From contig OZ024742.1 in the NCBI GenBank assembly GCA_964016885.1, positions 9,920,001 to 9,984,000 on the forward strand: a DNA stretch of 64,000 nt, given 5' to 3'. Shown here one piece after another: positions 1-15,224 of this stretch (position 1 is its first letter; each line of letters starts with the position of its first letter). The position numbers were made by a program, and so were the translations under genes. The stretch is from Eledone cirrhosa (lineage: Eukaryota). The notes below the pieces were generated by a model that was given only the letters and a program-made list of their open reading frames with translations, searched no databases and was not told the DNA's origin.

Positions 1-3000
1 GGAGTTAGACTAGTACATAAATAGACTAGGGTTAGACTAGTACATCAATAGACTGGGGTTAGACTAGTACATCAATAACTAGGGTTAGACTAGTAGATCA
101 ATAGACTGGGGTTAGACTAGTACATCAACAGACTGGGTTAGACTAGTACATCAATATACTGAAATTAGACTAGTACATCAATAGACTGGATTTAGACTAA
201 TATATCATTAGACTGAGATTAGACTAGTACATCAATAGACTGGAGTTATACTAGTACATCAATAGACTGGAGTTAGACTAGTACATCAATAGACTGGAGT
301 TAGACTAGTGCATCAATAGACTGGGGTTAGACTAGTACATCAATAGACTGGAGTTAGACTAGTACATCAATAGACTGGAGTTAGTCTAGTACATCAATAC
401 ACTGGAGTTAGACTACTACATCAATAGACTGGAGTTAGACTAGTACATCAATATACTGGGGTTAGACTAGTACATCAATGGTCTGGGGTTAGACTAGTAC
501 ATCAATAGACTCAGATTAGACTAGTACTAGTACATCAATAGACTGGGGTTTGACTAGTACATCAATAGACTGTGGTTAGACTAGTACATCAATAGACTGG
601 GGTTAGACTTGTACATCAACAGACTGAGATTATACTAGTACATCAATAAACTTGGGTTAGATAGTACATCAGTAGACTAAGGTTAGACTAGTACATCAAT
701 AGGCTGGGGTTAGACTAGTACATCAATATACTGAGAGTAGACTAGTACATCGATAGAATGTGTTTAGACTAATACATCAATAGACTGAGATTAGATTAGT
801 ACATCAATAGACTGAGATTAGACTAGTACATCAATGGACTGGGTTAGACTAGTACATCAATAGAATGGGCTTAGACTAGTACATCAATGGACTGGAGTTA
901 GTCTAGTACATCAATAGACTGGGATTATACTAGTACATCAATAGACTGGGGTTAGTCTAGTACATCAATGGAATGGAGTTAGACTAGTACATCAATAGAC
1001 TGGAGTTAGACTAGTACATCAATAGACTGGGGTTAGACTAGTACAACAATAGACTGGAGTTAGACTAGTACATCAATAGACTGGAGTTAGACTAGTAAAT
1101 CAATAGACTGGAGTTAGACTAGTACATCAATAGACTGAGATTAGACTAGTACATCAATGGACTGGAGTTAAACTAGTACATCAATGGACTGGGATTATAC
1201 TAGTACATCAATAGACTGGGGTTAGTCTAGTACATCAATAGACTGGAGTTAGACTAGTACATCAATAGACTGGAGTTAGACTAGTACATCAACAGACTGG
1301 GGTTAGACTAGTACATTAATAGACTGGGTTAGACTAGTACGTCAATAGGCTGGGCTTAGACTATTACATCAATAGACTGAGATTAGACTAGTACATCAAA
1401 TGACTGGATTTAGACTAATACATCATTAGACTGAGATTAGACTAGTACATCAATAAACTGAGATTAGACTAGTACATCAATAGACTGAGAGTAGACAAGT
1501 ACATCGAAAGCATGGGGTTAGACTAATACATCAATAGACTGAGATTAGATTAGTACATCAATAGACTGGGATTATACTAGTACATCAATAAACTTGGGTT
1601 AGATAGTACATCAGTAGACTAAGGTTAGACTAGTACATCAATAGGCTGGGGTTAGACTAGTACATCAATATACTGAGAGTAGACTAGTACATCGATAGAA
1701 TGGGGTTAGACTAATCCATCAATAGACTGAGATTAGATTAGTACATCAATAGACTGAGATTAGACTAGTACATCAATGGACTGGGTTAGACTAGTACATC
1801 AATAGAATGGGCTTAGACTAGTACATCAATGGACTGGAGTTAGTCTAGTACATCAATAGACTGGGATTATACTAGTACATCAATAGACTGGGGTTAGTCT
1901 AGTACATCAATGGAATGGAGTTAGACTAGTACATTAATAGACTGGAGTTAGACTAGTACATCAATAGACTGGGGTTAGACTAGTACAACAATAGACTGGA
2001 GTTAGACTAGTACATCAATAGACTGGAGTTAGACTAGTAAATCAATAGACTGGAGTTAGACTAGTACATCAATAGACTGGGGTTAGACTAGTACATCAAT
2101 AGACTGGAGTTACTCTAGTACATCAATAGAGTGGGGTTAGTCTAGTGCATCAATATACTGGGGTTAGACTAGTACATCAATAGACTGGGTTAGACTAGTA
2201 CATCAATATACTGAGAATAGACTAGTACATCAATAGACTGGATTTAGACTAGTACATCAATAGACTGGGGTTAGACTAGTACATCATTAGACTGAGATTA
2301 GACTAGTACATCAATAGACTGGAGTTAGATTAGTACATCAATTGACTGGGGTTAGACTAGTTCATCAATAGACTGGGGTTAGACTAGTACATCAATAGAC
2401 TGGAGTTAAACTAGTACATCAATAGACTGGAGTTAGACTAGTACATCAATAGAATGGAGTTAGACTAGTACATCAATAGACTGGAGTTAGACTAGTACAT
2501 CAATAGACTGGGGTTAGACTAGTACATCAATGGACTGAGGTTTAGACTAGTATAAGTACATCAATTGACTTGGGTTAGACTAGTACCTTAATAGACTGAG
2601 ATTAGACTAGTACTAGTACATCAATAGACTGGGGTTAGACTAGTACATCAATAGACTGGTGTTAGACTAGTACATCAATAGACTGAGGGTAGTCACGTAC
2701 ATCATTAGACTGGGGTAAGACTAGTAGATAAATAGCGTGGGTTAGACTAGTACATCAATCGACTGGGGTTAGACTAATACATTAATAGACTTAGATTAGA
2801 CTAGTATATCAATAGACTGAAATTAGACTAGTACATCAATAGACTGGAGTTAGCCTAGTACTTTAATAAACTGGGGTTAGACTACTCCATCTATAGACTG
2901 AGATTAGACTAGTACATCGATAGACTGGGGTTAGACTAATACATCAATAGACTGGGGTTAGATTAGTACATCAGTAGACTGGGTTGAGACTAGTACATCA

Positions 3001-6000
3001 ATAGACTGAGATTAGACTAGTACTATTACATCAATAGACTGGGGTTTGACTAGTACATCAATAGGCTTGGGTTGGACTAGTACATCAATAGACTGTGGTT
3101 AGACTAGTACATCAATAGACTCGATTTAATCTAGTACATCAATAGACTGGGGTTAGAATAGTACAGCAATAGACTGGGGTTAGTCTAGTACATCAATAGA
3201 CTGGGGTTAAACTAGTACATAAATAGACTGGGGTTAGACTAGTACACCAACAGACTGGGGTTAGACAAGTACATCAATAGACTGGGGTTAGTCTAGTACA
3301 CCAATGGACTGAGATTATACTAGTACATCAATAAACTTGGGTTAGATAGTACATCAGTAGACTGGGGTTAGACTAGTACATCAATAGACTGGGGTTAGAC
3401 TAGCACATCAATTGGCTGGGGTTAGACTAGTACATCAATAGACTGGGGGTAGTCGAGTACATCATTAGACTAGGGTAAGACTAGTACATCAATAGCGTGG
3501 GTTAGACTAGTACATCAATGGACTGAGGTTTAGACTAGTATTATTACATTAATAGACTGGGGTTAGACTAGTATATCAATAGACTGGGGTTAGACTAGTA
3601 CATTAATAGACTGAGATTAGACTAGTACTAGTACATCAATAGACTGGGTTTAGAATAGTACATCAATAGACTGGGGTTAGACTAGTACATCAATAGACTG
3701 GGGTTATACTAGTTCATCAATTGACTAGGGTTAGACTACTACATCAATAGACTGGGGGTAGTCGAGTACATCATTAGACTAGGGTAAGACTAGTACATCA
3801 ATAGCGTGGGTTAGACTAGTACATCAATAGACTTAGATTAGACTAGTACATCAATAGACTGAAATTAGACTAGTACATCAATACACTGGAGTTAGCCTAG
3901 TACTTTAATAAACTGGGGTTAGACTACTCCATCAATAGACTGAGATTAGACTGTACATCAATAGCCTGGGGTTAGACTAATACATCAATAGACTGGGGTT
4001 AGATTATTACATCAATAGACTGGTGTGAGACTATTACATCAATAGACTGGGGTTAGACAAGTACATCAATGGTCTGGGGTTAGACTATTACATCAATAGA
4101 CTGAGATTAGTCTAGTACTAGTACATCAATAGACTGGGGTTTGACTAGTACATCAATAGACTTGGGTTGGACTAGTACATCAATTGACTGTGGTTAGACT
4201 AGTACATCAATAGACTGGATTTACTCTAATACATCAATAGACTGGGGTTATACTAGTACATCAATAGACTGGAGTTAGATTAGTACATCTATATGACTAG
4301 GGTTACTCTAGTATATCAATAGAATGGGGTTAGACTAGTACATCAATAGACTGGGTTAGACTAGTACATCAATAGGCTGGGCTTAGACTAGTACATCAAT
4401 AGACTGAGATTAGACTAGTACATCAATAGACTGGAATTAGCCTAGTACATCAATAGACTGGGGTTAGTCTAATACATCAATAGACTGGGGTTAGACTAGT
4501 ACATCAATAGACTGGAGTTACACTAGTACATCAATAGAGTGGGGTTAGTCTAGTACATCACTAGACTGGGGTTAGACAAGTACATCAATAGACTGGAGTT
4601 AGACTAGTACATCAATACACTGGGGTTAGACTAGTACATCAATAGACTGGGGTTATACTAGTTCATCAATTGACTGGGGTTAGACTACTACATCAATAGA
4701 CTGGGGGTAGTCGAGTACATGATTAGACTGGGGTAAGACTAGTACATCAATAGCGTGGGTTAGACTCGTACATCAATAGACTGGGTTTAGACTAGTACAT
4801 CAATAGACTGGGGTTAGACTAATACATTAATAGACTTAGATTAGACTAGTACATCAATAGACTGGAGTTAGCCTAGTACTTTAATAAACTGTGGTTAGAC
4901 TACTCCATCAATAGACTGAGATTAGACTGTACATCGATAGACTGGGGTTAGACTAATACATCAATAGACTGGGGTTAGATTAGTACATCAATAGACTGGT
5001 GTGAGACTAGTACATCAATAGACTGGGGTTAGACTAGTACAGCAATGGTCTGGGGTTAGACTATTACATCAATAGACTGAGATTAGACTAGTACTAGTAC
5101 ATCAATAGACTGGGGTTTGACTAGTACATCAATAGACTTGGGTTGGACTAGTACATCAATTGACTGTGGTTAGACTAGTACATCAATAGATTGGATTTAC
5201 TCTAATACATCAATAGACTGGGGTTATACTAGTACATCAATAGACTGGAGTTAGATTAGTACATCTATATGACTAGGGTTAGTCTAGTATATCAATAGAA
5301 TGGGGTTAGACTAGTACATCAATAGACTGGGTTAGACTAGTACATCAATAGGCTGGGCTTAGCCTAGTACATCAATAGACTGAGATTAGACTAGTACATC
5401 AATAGACTGGGGTTAGTCTAATACATCAATAGACTGGGGTTAGACTAGTACATCAATAGACTGGAGTTACACTAGTACATCAATAGAGTGGGGTTAGTCT
5501 AGTACATCACTAGACTGGGGTTAGACAAGTACATCAATAGACTGGAGTTAGACTATTACATCAATAAACTGGAGTTAGACTAGTACATCAATATACTGGG
5601 GTTAGACTAGTACATCAATAGACTGGGTTTAGACTAATACAACATTAGACTGAGATTAGACTAGTACATTAATAGACTGGAGTTAGACTAGTACATCAAC
5701 AGACTGGGGTTAGACTAGTACATCAATAGACTGGAGTTACACTAGTACATCAATAGAGTGGGGTTAGACTAGTACATCAATATACTGGGGTTAGACTAGT
5801 ACATCAATATACTGAGAATAGACTAGTACATCAATAGACTGGAGTTAGACAAGTACATCAATAGACTGGGGTTAGACAAGTTCATCAACAAACTGGGGTT
5901 AGACTAGTACATCAATAGACTGGAGTTAAACTAGTACATCAATAGACCGGAGTTAGACTAGTACATCAATAGACTGGAGTTAGACTAGTACATCAATAGA

Positions 6001-9000
6001 CTGGAGTTAGACAAGTACATCAATAAACTGGAGTTAGACTAGTACATCAATATACTGGGGTTAGACTAGTACATCAATATACTGAGATTAGACTGGTACA
6101 TCGATAGACTGGGTTTAGACTAATACAACATTAGATTGAGATTAGACTAGTACATTAATAGACTGGAGTTAGACTAGTACATCAAAAAGACTGGGGTTAG
6201 ACTAGTACATCAATAGACTGGAGTTAAACTAGTACATCAATAGACCTGAGTTAGACTGGTACATCGATAGACTGGAGTTAGACTAGTACATCAATAGACT
6301 GGTGTTAGACTAGTACATCAATAGAGTGGGGTTAGATTAGTACATCAATAGACTGGAGTTAGACGAGTACATCAATAGACTGGAGGTAGACTAGTATATC
6401 AATAGACTGGGGTTAGACTAGTACATCAATAGACTGGAGTTAGACTAGTACATCAATAGACTGGGGTTAGTCTAGTACATCAATAGACTGGAGTTAGACT
6501 AGTACATAAATAGACTAGGGTTAGACTAGTACATCAATAGACTGGGGTTAGACTAGTACATCAATAACTAGGGTTAGACTAGTAGATCAATAGACTGGGG
6601 TTAGACTAGTACATCAATAGACTGGGGTTAGAATAGTACATCAGTAGACTGGGGTTAGACTAGTACATCAATAGACTGGGGCTAGACTAGTACATCAGTA
6701 GACTGGGGTTAGACTAGTACATAAATAGACTGGAGTTAGACTAGTACATCAATAGACTGGAGTTAGACTAGTACATCAATAGACTGGAGTTAGATTATTA
6801 CATCAATAAACTGGAGTTTGACTAGTACATCAATATACTGGGGTTAGACTAGTACAACAATAGACAGGGTTAGACTAGTACATCAATATACTGAGATTAG
6901 ACTAGTACATCAATAGACTTCATTTAGACTAATACATCATTAGACTGAGATTAGACTAGTACATCAATAGACTGGGGTTAGACTAGTACATCAATAGACT
7001 AGGGTTAGACTAGTACCTCAATAGACTGGAGTTAAACTAGTACATCAATAGACCGGAGTTAGACTAGTACATCGATAGAATGGATTTAGACTAGTACATC
7101 AATAGATTGGAGTTAGACTAGTACATCAATAGACTGGTGTTAGACTATTACATCAATAGACTGGGGTCACACTAGTACATCAATAGACTGGGGTTAGACT
7201 AGTACATTAATAGACTGTAGTTAGACTAGTACATCAATAGATTGGGTTAGACTAGTACATCACTAGACTGGAGTTAGACTACTACATCAATATACTGGAG
7301 TTAGACTTGTACATCAATTGACTGGGGTTAGACTAGTACATCAATAGACTGGAGTTAGACTAGTACATCAATAGACTGGAGTTAGACTAGTACATCAATA
7401 GACCGGAGTTAGTCTAGTACATCGGTAGACTGGATTTAGACGAGTACATCAATAGACTGTAGTTAGTCTAGTACATCAATAGATTGGGTTAGACTAGTAC
7501 ATCAATAGACTGGAGTTAGACTACTACATCAATAGACTGGAGTTAGACTAGTACATCAATATTCTGGGGTTAGACTAGTACATCAATAGACTTCATTTAG
7601 ACTAGTACATCAATAGACTGGAGTTAGACTAGGACATCAATAGACTAGGGTTAGACTAGTACATCAATAGAGTAGGGTTAGACTAGTACATCAATAGACT
7701 GGAGTTAAACTAGTACATCAATAGACCGGAGTTAGACTAGTACATCGATAGACTGGATTTAGACGAGTACATCAATAGACTGTAGTTAGACTAGTACATC
7801 AATAGATTGGGTTAGACTAGTACATCAATAGAATGGATTTAGACTACTACATCAATATACTGGAGTTAGACTAGTACATCAATATTCTGGGGTTAGACTA
7901 GTACATCAATAGACTTCATTTAGACTAATACATCATTAGACTGAGATTAGACTAGTACATCAATAGACTGGTGTTAGACTAGTACATCAATAGACTGGGG
8001 TTATACTAGTACATCAATAGAGTAGGGTTAGACTAGTACATCAATAGACTGGAGTTAAACTAGTACATCAATAGACCGGAGTTAGACTAGTACATCGATA
8101 GAATGGATTTAGACTAGTACATCAATAGATTGGAGTTAGACTAGTACATCAATAGACTGGTGTTAGACTATTACATCAATAGACTGGGGTCACACTAGTA
8201 CATCAATAGACTGGGGTTAGACTAGTACATTAATAGAATGTAGTTAGACTAGTACATCAATAGATTGGGTTAGACTAGTACATCAATAGACTGGAGTTAG
8301 ACTACTACATCAATATACTGGAGTTAGACTTGTACATCAATAGACTGGGGTTAGACTAGTACATCAATAGACTGGAGTTAGACTAGTACATCAATAGACT
8401 GGAGTTAGACTAGTACATCAATAGACCGGAGTTAGTCTAGTACATCGGTAGACTGGATTTAGACGAGTACATCAATAGACTGTAGTTAGTCTAGTACATC
8501 AATAGATTGGGTTAGACTAGTACATCAATAGACTGGAGTTAGACTACTACATCAATAGACTGGAGTTAGACTAGTACATCAATATTCTGGGGTTAGACTA
8601 GTACATCAATTGACTGGAGTTAGACTAGTACATAAATAGACTGGAGTTAGACTAGTACATCAATAGACTAGGGTTAGACTAGTACATCAATAGACTGGAG
8701 TTAGACTAGTACATCAATAACTAGGGTTAGACAAGTACATCAATAGACTGGGGTTAGACTAGTACATCAATAGACTGGGATTAGACTAGTACATCAGTAG
8801 ACTGGAGTTAGACTAGTACATCAATAGACTGGTGTTAGACTATTACATCAATAGACTGGGGTCACACTAGTACATCAATAGACTGGGGTTAGACTAGTAC
8901 ATTAATAGACTGTAGTTAGACTAGTACATCAATAGATTGGGTTAGACTAGTACATCAATAGACTGGAGTTAGACTACTACATCAATATACTGGAGTTAGA

Positions 9001-12000
9001 CGTGTACATCAATAGACTGGAGTTAGACTAGTACATCAATAGAGTGGAGTTAGACTAGTACATCAATAGACTGGAGTTAGACTAGTACATCAATAGAGTG
9101 GAGTTAGACTAGTACATCAATAGACCGGAGTTAGACAAGTACATCGGTAGATTGGATTTAGACGAGTACATCAATAGACTGTAGTTAGACTAGTACATCA
9201 ATAGATTGGGTTAGACTAGTACATCAATAGACTGGAGTTAGACTAGTACATCAATATTCTGGGGTTAGACTAGTACATCAATAGACTTCATTTAGACTAA
9301 TACATCATTAGACTGAGATTAGACTAGTACATCAATAGACTGGAGTTAGACTAGTACATCAATAGAGTGGAGTTAGACTAGTACATCAATAGACCGGAGT
9401 TAGACAAGTACATCGGTAGATTGGATTTAGACGAGTACATCAATAGACTGTAGTTAGACTAGTACATCAATAGATTGGGTTAGACTAGTACATCAATATA
9501 CCGGAGTTAGACTAGTACATCAATATTCTGGGGTTAGACTAGTACATCAATAGACTTCATTTAGACTAATACATCATTAGACTGAGATTAGACTAGTACA
9601 TCAATAGACTGGAGTTAGACTAGGACATCAATAGACTGGGGTTAGACTAGTACATCAATAGAGTAGGGTTAGACTAGTACATCAATAGACTGGAGTTAAA
9701 CTAATACATCAATAGACCGGAGTTAGACTAGTACATCGATAGACTGGATTTAGACGAGTACATCAATAGACTGTAGTTAGACTAGTACATCAATAGATTA
9801 GGTTAGACTAGTACATCAATAGAATGGATTTAGACTACTACATCAATATACTGGAGTTAGACTAGTACATCAATAGACTGGAGTTAAACTAGTACATCAA
9901 TAGACCGGAGTTAGACTAGTACATCAATAGACTGGAGTTAGACTAGTACATCGATAGACTGGATTTAGACGAGTACATCAATAGACTGTAGTTAGACTAG
10001 TACATCAATAGATTGGGTTAGACTAGTACATCAATAGACTGGAGTTAGACTACTACATCAATATACTGGAGTTAGACTAGTACATCAATATTCTGGGGTT
10101 AGACTAGTACATCAATAGACTGGAGTTAGACTAGTACATAAATAGACTGGAGTTAGACTAGTACATCAATAGACTAGGGTTAGACTAGTACATCGATAGA
10201 CTGGAGTTAGACTAGTACATCAATAACTAGGGTTAGACAAGTACATCAATAGACTGGGGTTAGACTAGTACATCAATAGACTGGGGTTAGACTAGTACAT
10301 CAGTAGACTGGAGTTAGACTAGTACATCAATAGACTGGGGTTAGACTAGTACATTAATAGACTGTAGTTAGACTAGTACATCAATAGACTGGAGTTAGAC
10401 TACTACATCAATATACTGGAGTTAGACGTGTACATCAATAGACTGGGGTTAGACTAGTACATCAATAGACTGGAGTTAGACTAGTACATCAATATACCGG
10501 AGTTAGACTATTACATCAATAGACTGGGGTCACACTAGTACATCAATAGACTGGGGTTAGACTAGTACATTAATAGAATGTAGTTAGACTAGTACATCAA
10601 TAGATTGGGTTAGACTAGTACATCAATAGACTGGAGTTAGACTACTACATCAATATACTGGAGTTAGACTTGTACATCAATAGACTGGGGTTAGACTAGT
10701 ACATCAATAGACTGGAGTTAGACTAGTACATCAATAGACTGGAGTTAGACTAGTACATCAATAGACCGGAGTTAGTCTAGTACATCGGTAGACTGGATTT
10801 AGACGAGTACATCAATAGACTGTAGTTAGTCTAGTACATCAATAGATTGGGTTAGACTAGTACATCAATAGACTGGAGTTAGACTACTACATCAATAGAC
10901 TGGAGTTAGACTAGTACATCAATATTCTGGGGTTAGACTAGTACATCAATTGACTGGAGTTAGACTAGTACATAAATAGACTGGAGTTAGACTAGTACAT
11001 CAATAGACTAGGGTTAGACTAGTACATCAATAGACTGGAGTTAGACTAGTACATCAATAACTAGGGTTAGACAAGTACATCAATAGACTGGGGTTAGACT
11101 AGTACATCAATAGACTGGGATTAGACTAGTACATCAGTAGACTGGAGTTAGACTAGTACATCAATAGACTGGTGTTAGACTATTACATCAATAGACTGGG
11201 GTCACACTAGTACATCAATAGACTGGGGTTAGACTAGTACATTAATAGACTGTAGTTAGACTAGTACATCAATAGATTGGGTTAGACTAGTACATCAATA
11301 GACTGGAGTTAGACTACTACATCAATATACTGGAGTTAGACGTGTACATCAATAGACTGGAGTTAGACTAGTACATCAATAGAGTGGAGTTAGACTAGTA
11401 CATCAATAGACTGGAGTTAGACTAGTACATCAATAGAGTGGAGTTAGACTAGTACATCAATAGACCGGAGTTAGACAAGTACATCGGTAGATTGGATTTA
11501 GACGAGTACATCAATAGACTGTAGTTAGACTAGTACATCAATAGATTGGGTTAGACTAGTACATCAATAGACTGGAGTTAGACTAGTACATCAATATTCT
11601 GGGGTTAGACTAGTACATCAATAGACTTCATTTAGACTAATACATCATTAGACTGAGATTAGACTAGTACATCAATAGACTGGAGTTAGACTAGTACATC
11701 AATAGAGTGGAGTTAGACTAGTACATCAATAGACCGGAGTTAGACAAGTACATCGGTAGATTGGATTTAGACGAGTACATCAATAGACTGTAGTTAGACT
11801 AGTACATCAATAGATTGGGTTAGACTAGTACATCAATATACCGGAGTTAGACTAGTACATCAATATTCTGGGGTTAGACTAGTACATCAATAGACTTCAT
11901 TTAGACTAATACATCATTAGACTGAGATTAGACTAGTACATCAATAGACTGGAGTTAGACTAGGACATCAATAGACTGGGGTTAGACTAGTACATCAATA

Positions 12001-13478
12001 GAGTAGGGTTAGACTAGTACATCAATAGACTGGAGTTAAACTAATACATCAATAGACCGGAGTTAGACTAGTACATCGATAGACTGGATTTAGACGAGTA
12101 CATCAATAGACTGTAGTTAGACTAGTACATCAATAGATTAGGTTAGACTAGTACATCAATAGAATGGATTTAGACTACTACATCAATATACTGGAGTTAG
12201 ACTAGTACATCAATAGACTGGAGTTAAACTAGTACATCAATAGACCGGAGTTAGACTAGTACATCAATAGACTGGAGTTAGACTAGTACATCGATAGACT
12301 GGATTTAGACGAGTACATCAATAGACTGTAGTTAGACTAGTACATCAATAGATTGGGTTAGACTAGTACATCAATAGACTGGAGTTAGACTACTACATCA
12401 ATATACTGGAGTTAGACTAGTACATCAATATTCTGGGGTTAGACTAGTACATCAATAGACTGGAGTTAGACTAGTACATAAATAGACTGGAGTTAGACTA
12501 GTACATCAATAGACTAGGGTTAGACTAGTACATCGATAGACTGGAGTTAGACTAGTACATCAATAACTAGGGTTAGACAAGTACATCAATAGACTGGGGT
12601 TAGACTAGTACATCAATAGACTGGGGTTAGACTAGTACATCAGTAGACTGGAGTTAGACTAGTACATCAATAGACTGGGGTTAGACTAGTACATTAATAG
12701 ACTGTAGTTAGACTAGTACATCAATAGACTGGAGTTAGACTACTACATCAATATACTGGAGTTAGACGTGTACATCAATAGACTGGGGTTAGACTAGTAC
12801 ATCAATAGACTGGAGTTAGACTAGTACATCAATATACCGGAGTTAGACTAGTACATCGGTAGACTGGATTTAGACGAGTACATCAATAGACTGTAGTTAG
12901 ACTAGTACATCAATAGATTGAGTTAGACTAGTACATCAATAGACTGGAGTTAGACTACTACATCAATATACTGGAGTTAGACTAGTACATCAATATTCTG
13001 GGGTTAGACTAGTACATCAATAGACTGGAGTTAGACTAGTACATAAATAGACTGGAGTTAGACTAGTACATCAATAGACTAGGGTTAGACTAGTACATCA
13101 ATAGACTGGAGTTAGACTAGTACATCAATAACTAGGGTTAGACAAGTACATCAATAGACTGGGGTTAGACTAGTACATCAATAGACTGGGGTTAGACTAG
13201 TACATCAGTAGACTGGGGTTAGACTAATACATCAATAGACTGGGGTTAGACTAGTACATCAGTAGACTGGGGTTAGTCTAGTACATAAATAGACTGGGGT
13301 CAGACGAATACATCAATAGTCTGGGGTTAGACTAGTACATCTATAGACTGGAGTTAGACTAGCACATCAGTAGACTGGGGTTAGACTAGTACATAAATAG
13401 ACTGGGGTCACACTAGTACATCAATAGACTGGGGTTACACTAGTACATCAATAGACTGGGGTTAGACTAGTACATCAA
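1..13478. repeat. Satellite array, 27-bp unit (consensus GACTAGTACATCAATAGACTGG[G/A]GTTA), about 500 copies, open at the window start
   Basis: Directly visible 27-bp periodicity (e.g. TGGAGTT at 241 and 268) with diverged variants. Ends at about 13478, followed by unique sequence and a (CT)n tract. Confidence 0.98.
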
Positions 13479-13576
13479 TGATACAATGTTTCCCAGCACT
13501 CCATGTTCTGATTATTAATATAATCCTACATATAGACGGTGCATAGACAGAACTGTTGGCCTGACGTATTCTACTG

Positions 13577-13580
<4 letters not shown>

Positions 13581-13622
<42 letters not shown>

Positions 13623-13875
13623 CACTCTCTCTCTTTTTCTCTCACCCTCTCTCTCTATGTCTCTCTCTTTCACTCTCACTCTAACTCTCTCTCTTTCTTT
13701 CCCTCTCTTTCTCTCTCTCTTTCACTGTCTCTCTCACTCTCTCTCTTTCTTTCACTCTCTGTTCTCTCTTCCTTTCTCTCTGTCTCTCTCCGTTTCTCTC
13801 TGTCTCTGTATGTCTCTCTCTCTGACTCTCTCTCTCTATCTCTCTCTATATATCCATCTATCCATCTATCTATCT
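13581..13875. repeat. Degenerate (CT)n microsatellite ending in (TATC)n
   Basis: Directly visible; accounts for the SLSLSL ORFs. Confidence 0.95.
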
Positions 13876-14428
13876 AACACTCAATCCTCTGTCCTCCCTG
13901 GCAGAAATCGGCTCAGTTCGGATATTGTGAGAGAAGGGCTCCGCCCGATATACATGATTCTAAACACACTATCCTCAGAACAGGAAGTCACGGGTGGAGC
14001 GACTTTCCTTGTTTGTCGTTTCGAGATGTCTAAACCATGATTATGCAACGTATTTCGATCAATATTGATACAACAACAACAACAATAAGAAACAGAAAAC
14101 AAACCAATGCCAGTACCTAGTCAAGCGGCCATTGTCATTCCTCTGCGATTGCGCAGCTATTAATATCAGTACCATTCATTTAAAACATAACCTAATATTT
14201 TTAAAATGCAACACATCTAAATATTCCTTCGTATAGTGATTATTTCTTAATAAATGAGGGGCTTGTCACAGCTGGAGCATATTTTCCAAAAGGTTTTCTG
14301 GATCAAGATTGACCTCTGGGTCGAGAACAACAAAATATTTAGCAGTAACATATGTATTCATTATAAATCATTCAGGTGACAGAATTCCAGTCGTTATATG
14401 GCATTACGTGGCGTCTTCCATTGTCTCT

Positions 14429-14434
14429 CCCATC

Positions 14435-14466
<32 letters not shown>

Positions 14467-14496
14467 AACCACCACCATCATCATCAACATCGTCAT
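14429..14496. repeat. (CAT)n microsatellite
   Basis: catcatcatc... run visible. Confidence 0.9.
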
Positions 14497-14705
14497 GTTC
14501 ACAATGTTCCAACTTAATAACAGTAAACACAACACATTTTATTATCATAATAATCGTAATATTCAATTAGAGAATTCTTATTAATTGCGTGTCATAAACC
14601 AAACTGATTAAATTACATATATATTATACATTTCCCTGGAGCAATTAAAATACAGAATTATATATTTACCATTATTATTTGCTTCCTCAAATATCAGTTC
14701 TACTT

Positions 14706-15012
<307 letters not shown>

Positions 15013-15016
15013 TGTA

Positions 15017-15224
15017 ACGTTGGAATCCAAACACGGAATCGCAATAAGTGATAATAGTGTTTGAAAAGTGGTTAAATTACCCTAAGATTCAGAATAGAGA
15101 GACCAAAAGCTACTACAACCCTTTGTAGTGGTGGATGTCCATCTAAAGTCTGTCACTAGGGAACTGTACCCGAAATCCTAATGTAATTATCTTTTATAGT
15201 GGTTCTGTGTTTGGATTTCAACGT
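15017..15224. mobile_element. MITE-like element with about 31-bp imperfect terminal inverted repeats
   Basis: ACGTTGGAATCCAAACACGGAATCGCAATAA (15017) versus the reverse complement of TTATAGTGGTTCTGTGTTTGGATTTCAACGT (15194-15224), about 5 mismatches. Non-coding interior; no clear TSD. Confidence 0.5.

Noticed and set aside
1-13478. CRISPR array, coding repeat, or collapsed-hammerhead origin of the 27-bp unit (it shares GACTAGT/ACATC words with the 36572 ribozyme)
   Set aside because: No spacers, no ORF in the track, and no CUGANGA/GAAA core. The word matches are too short to support ancestry.
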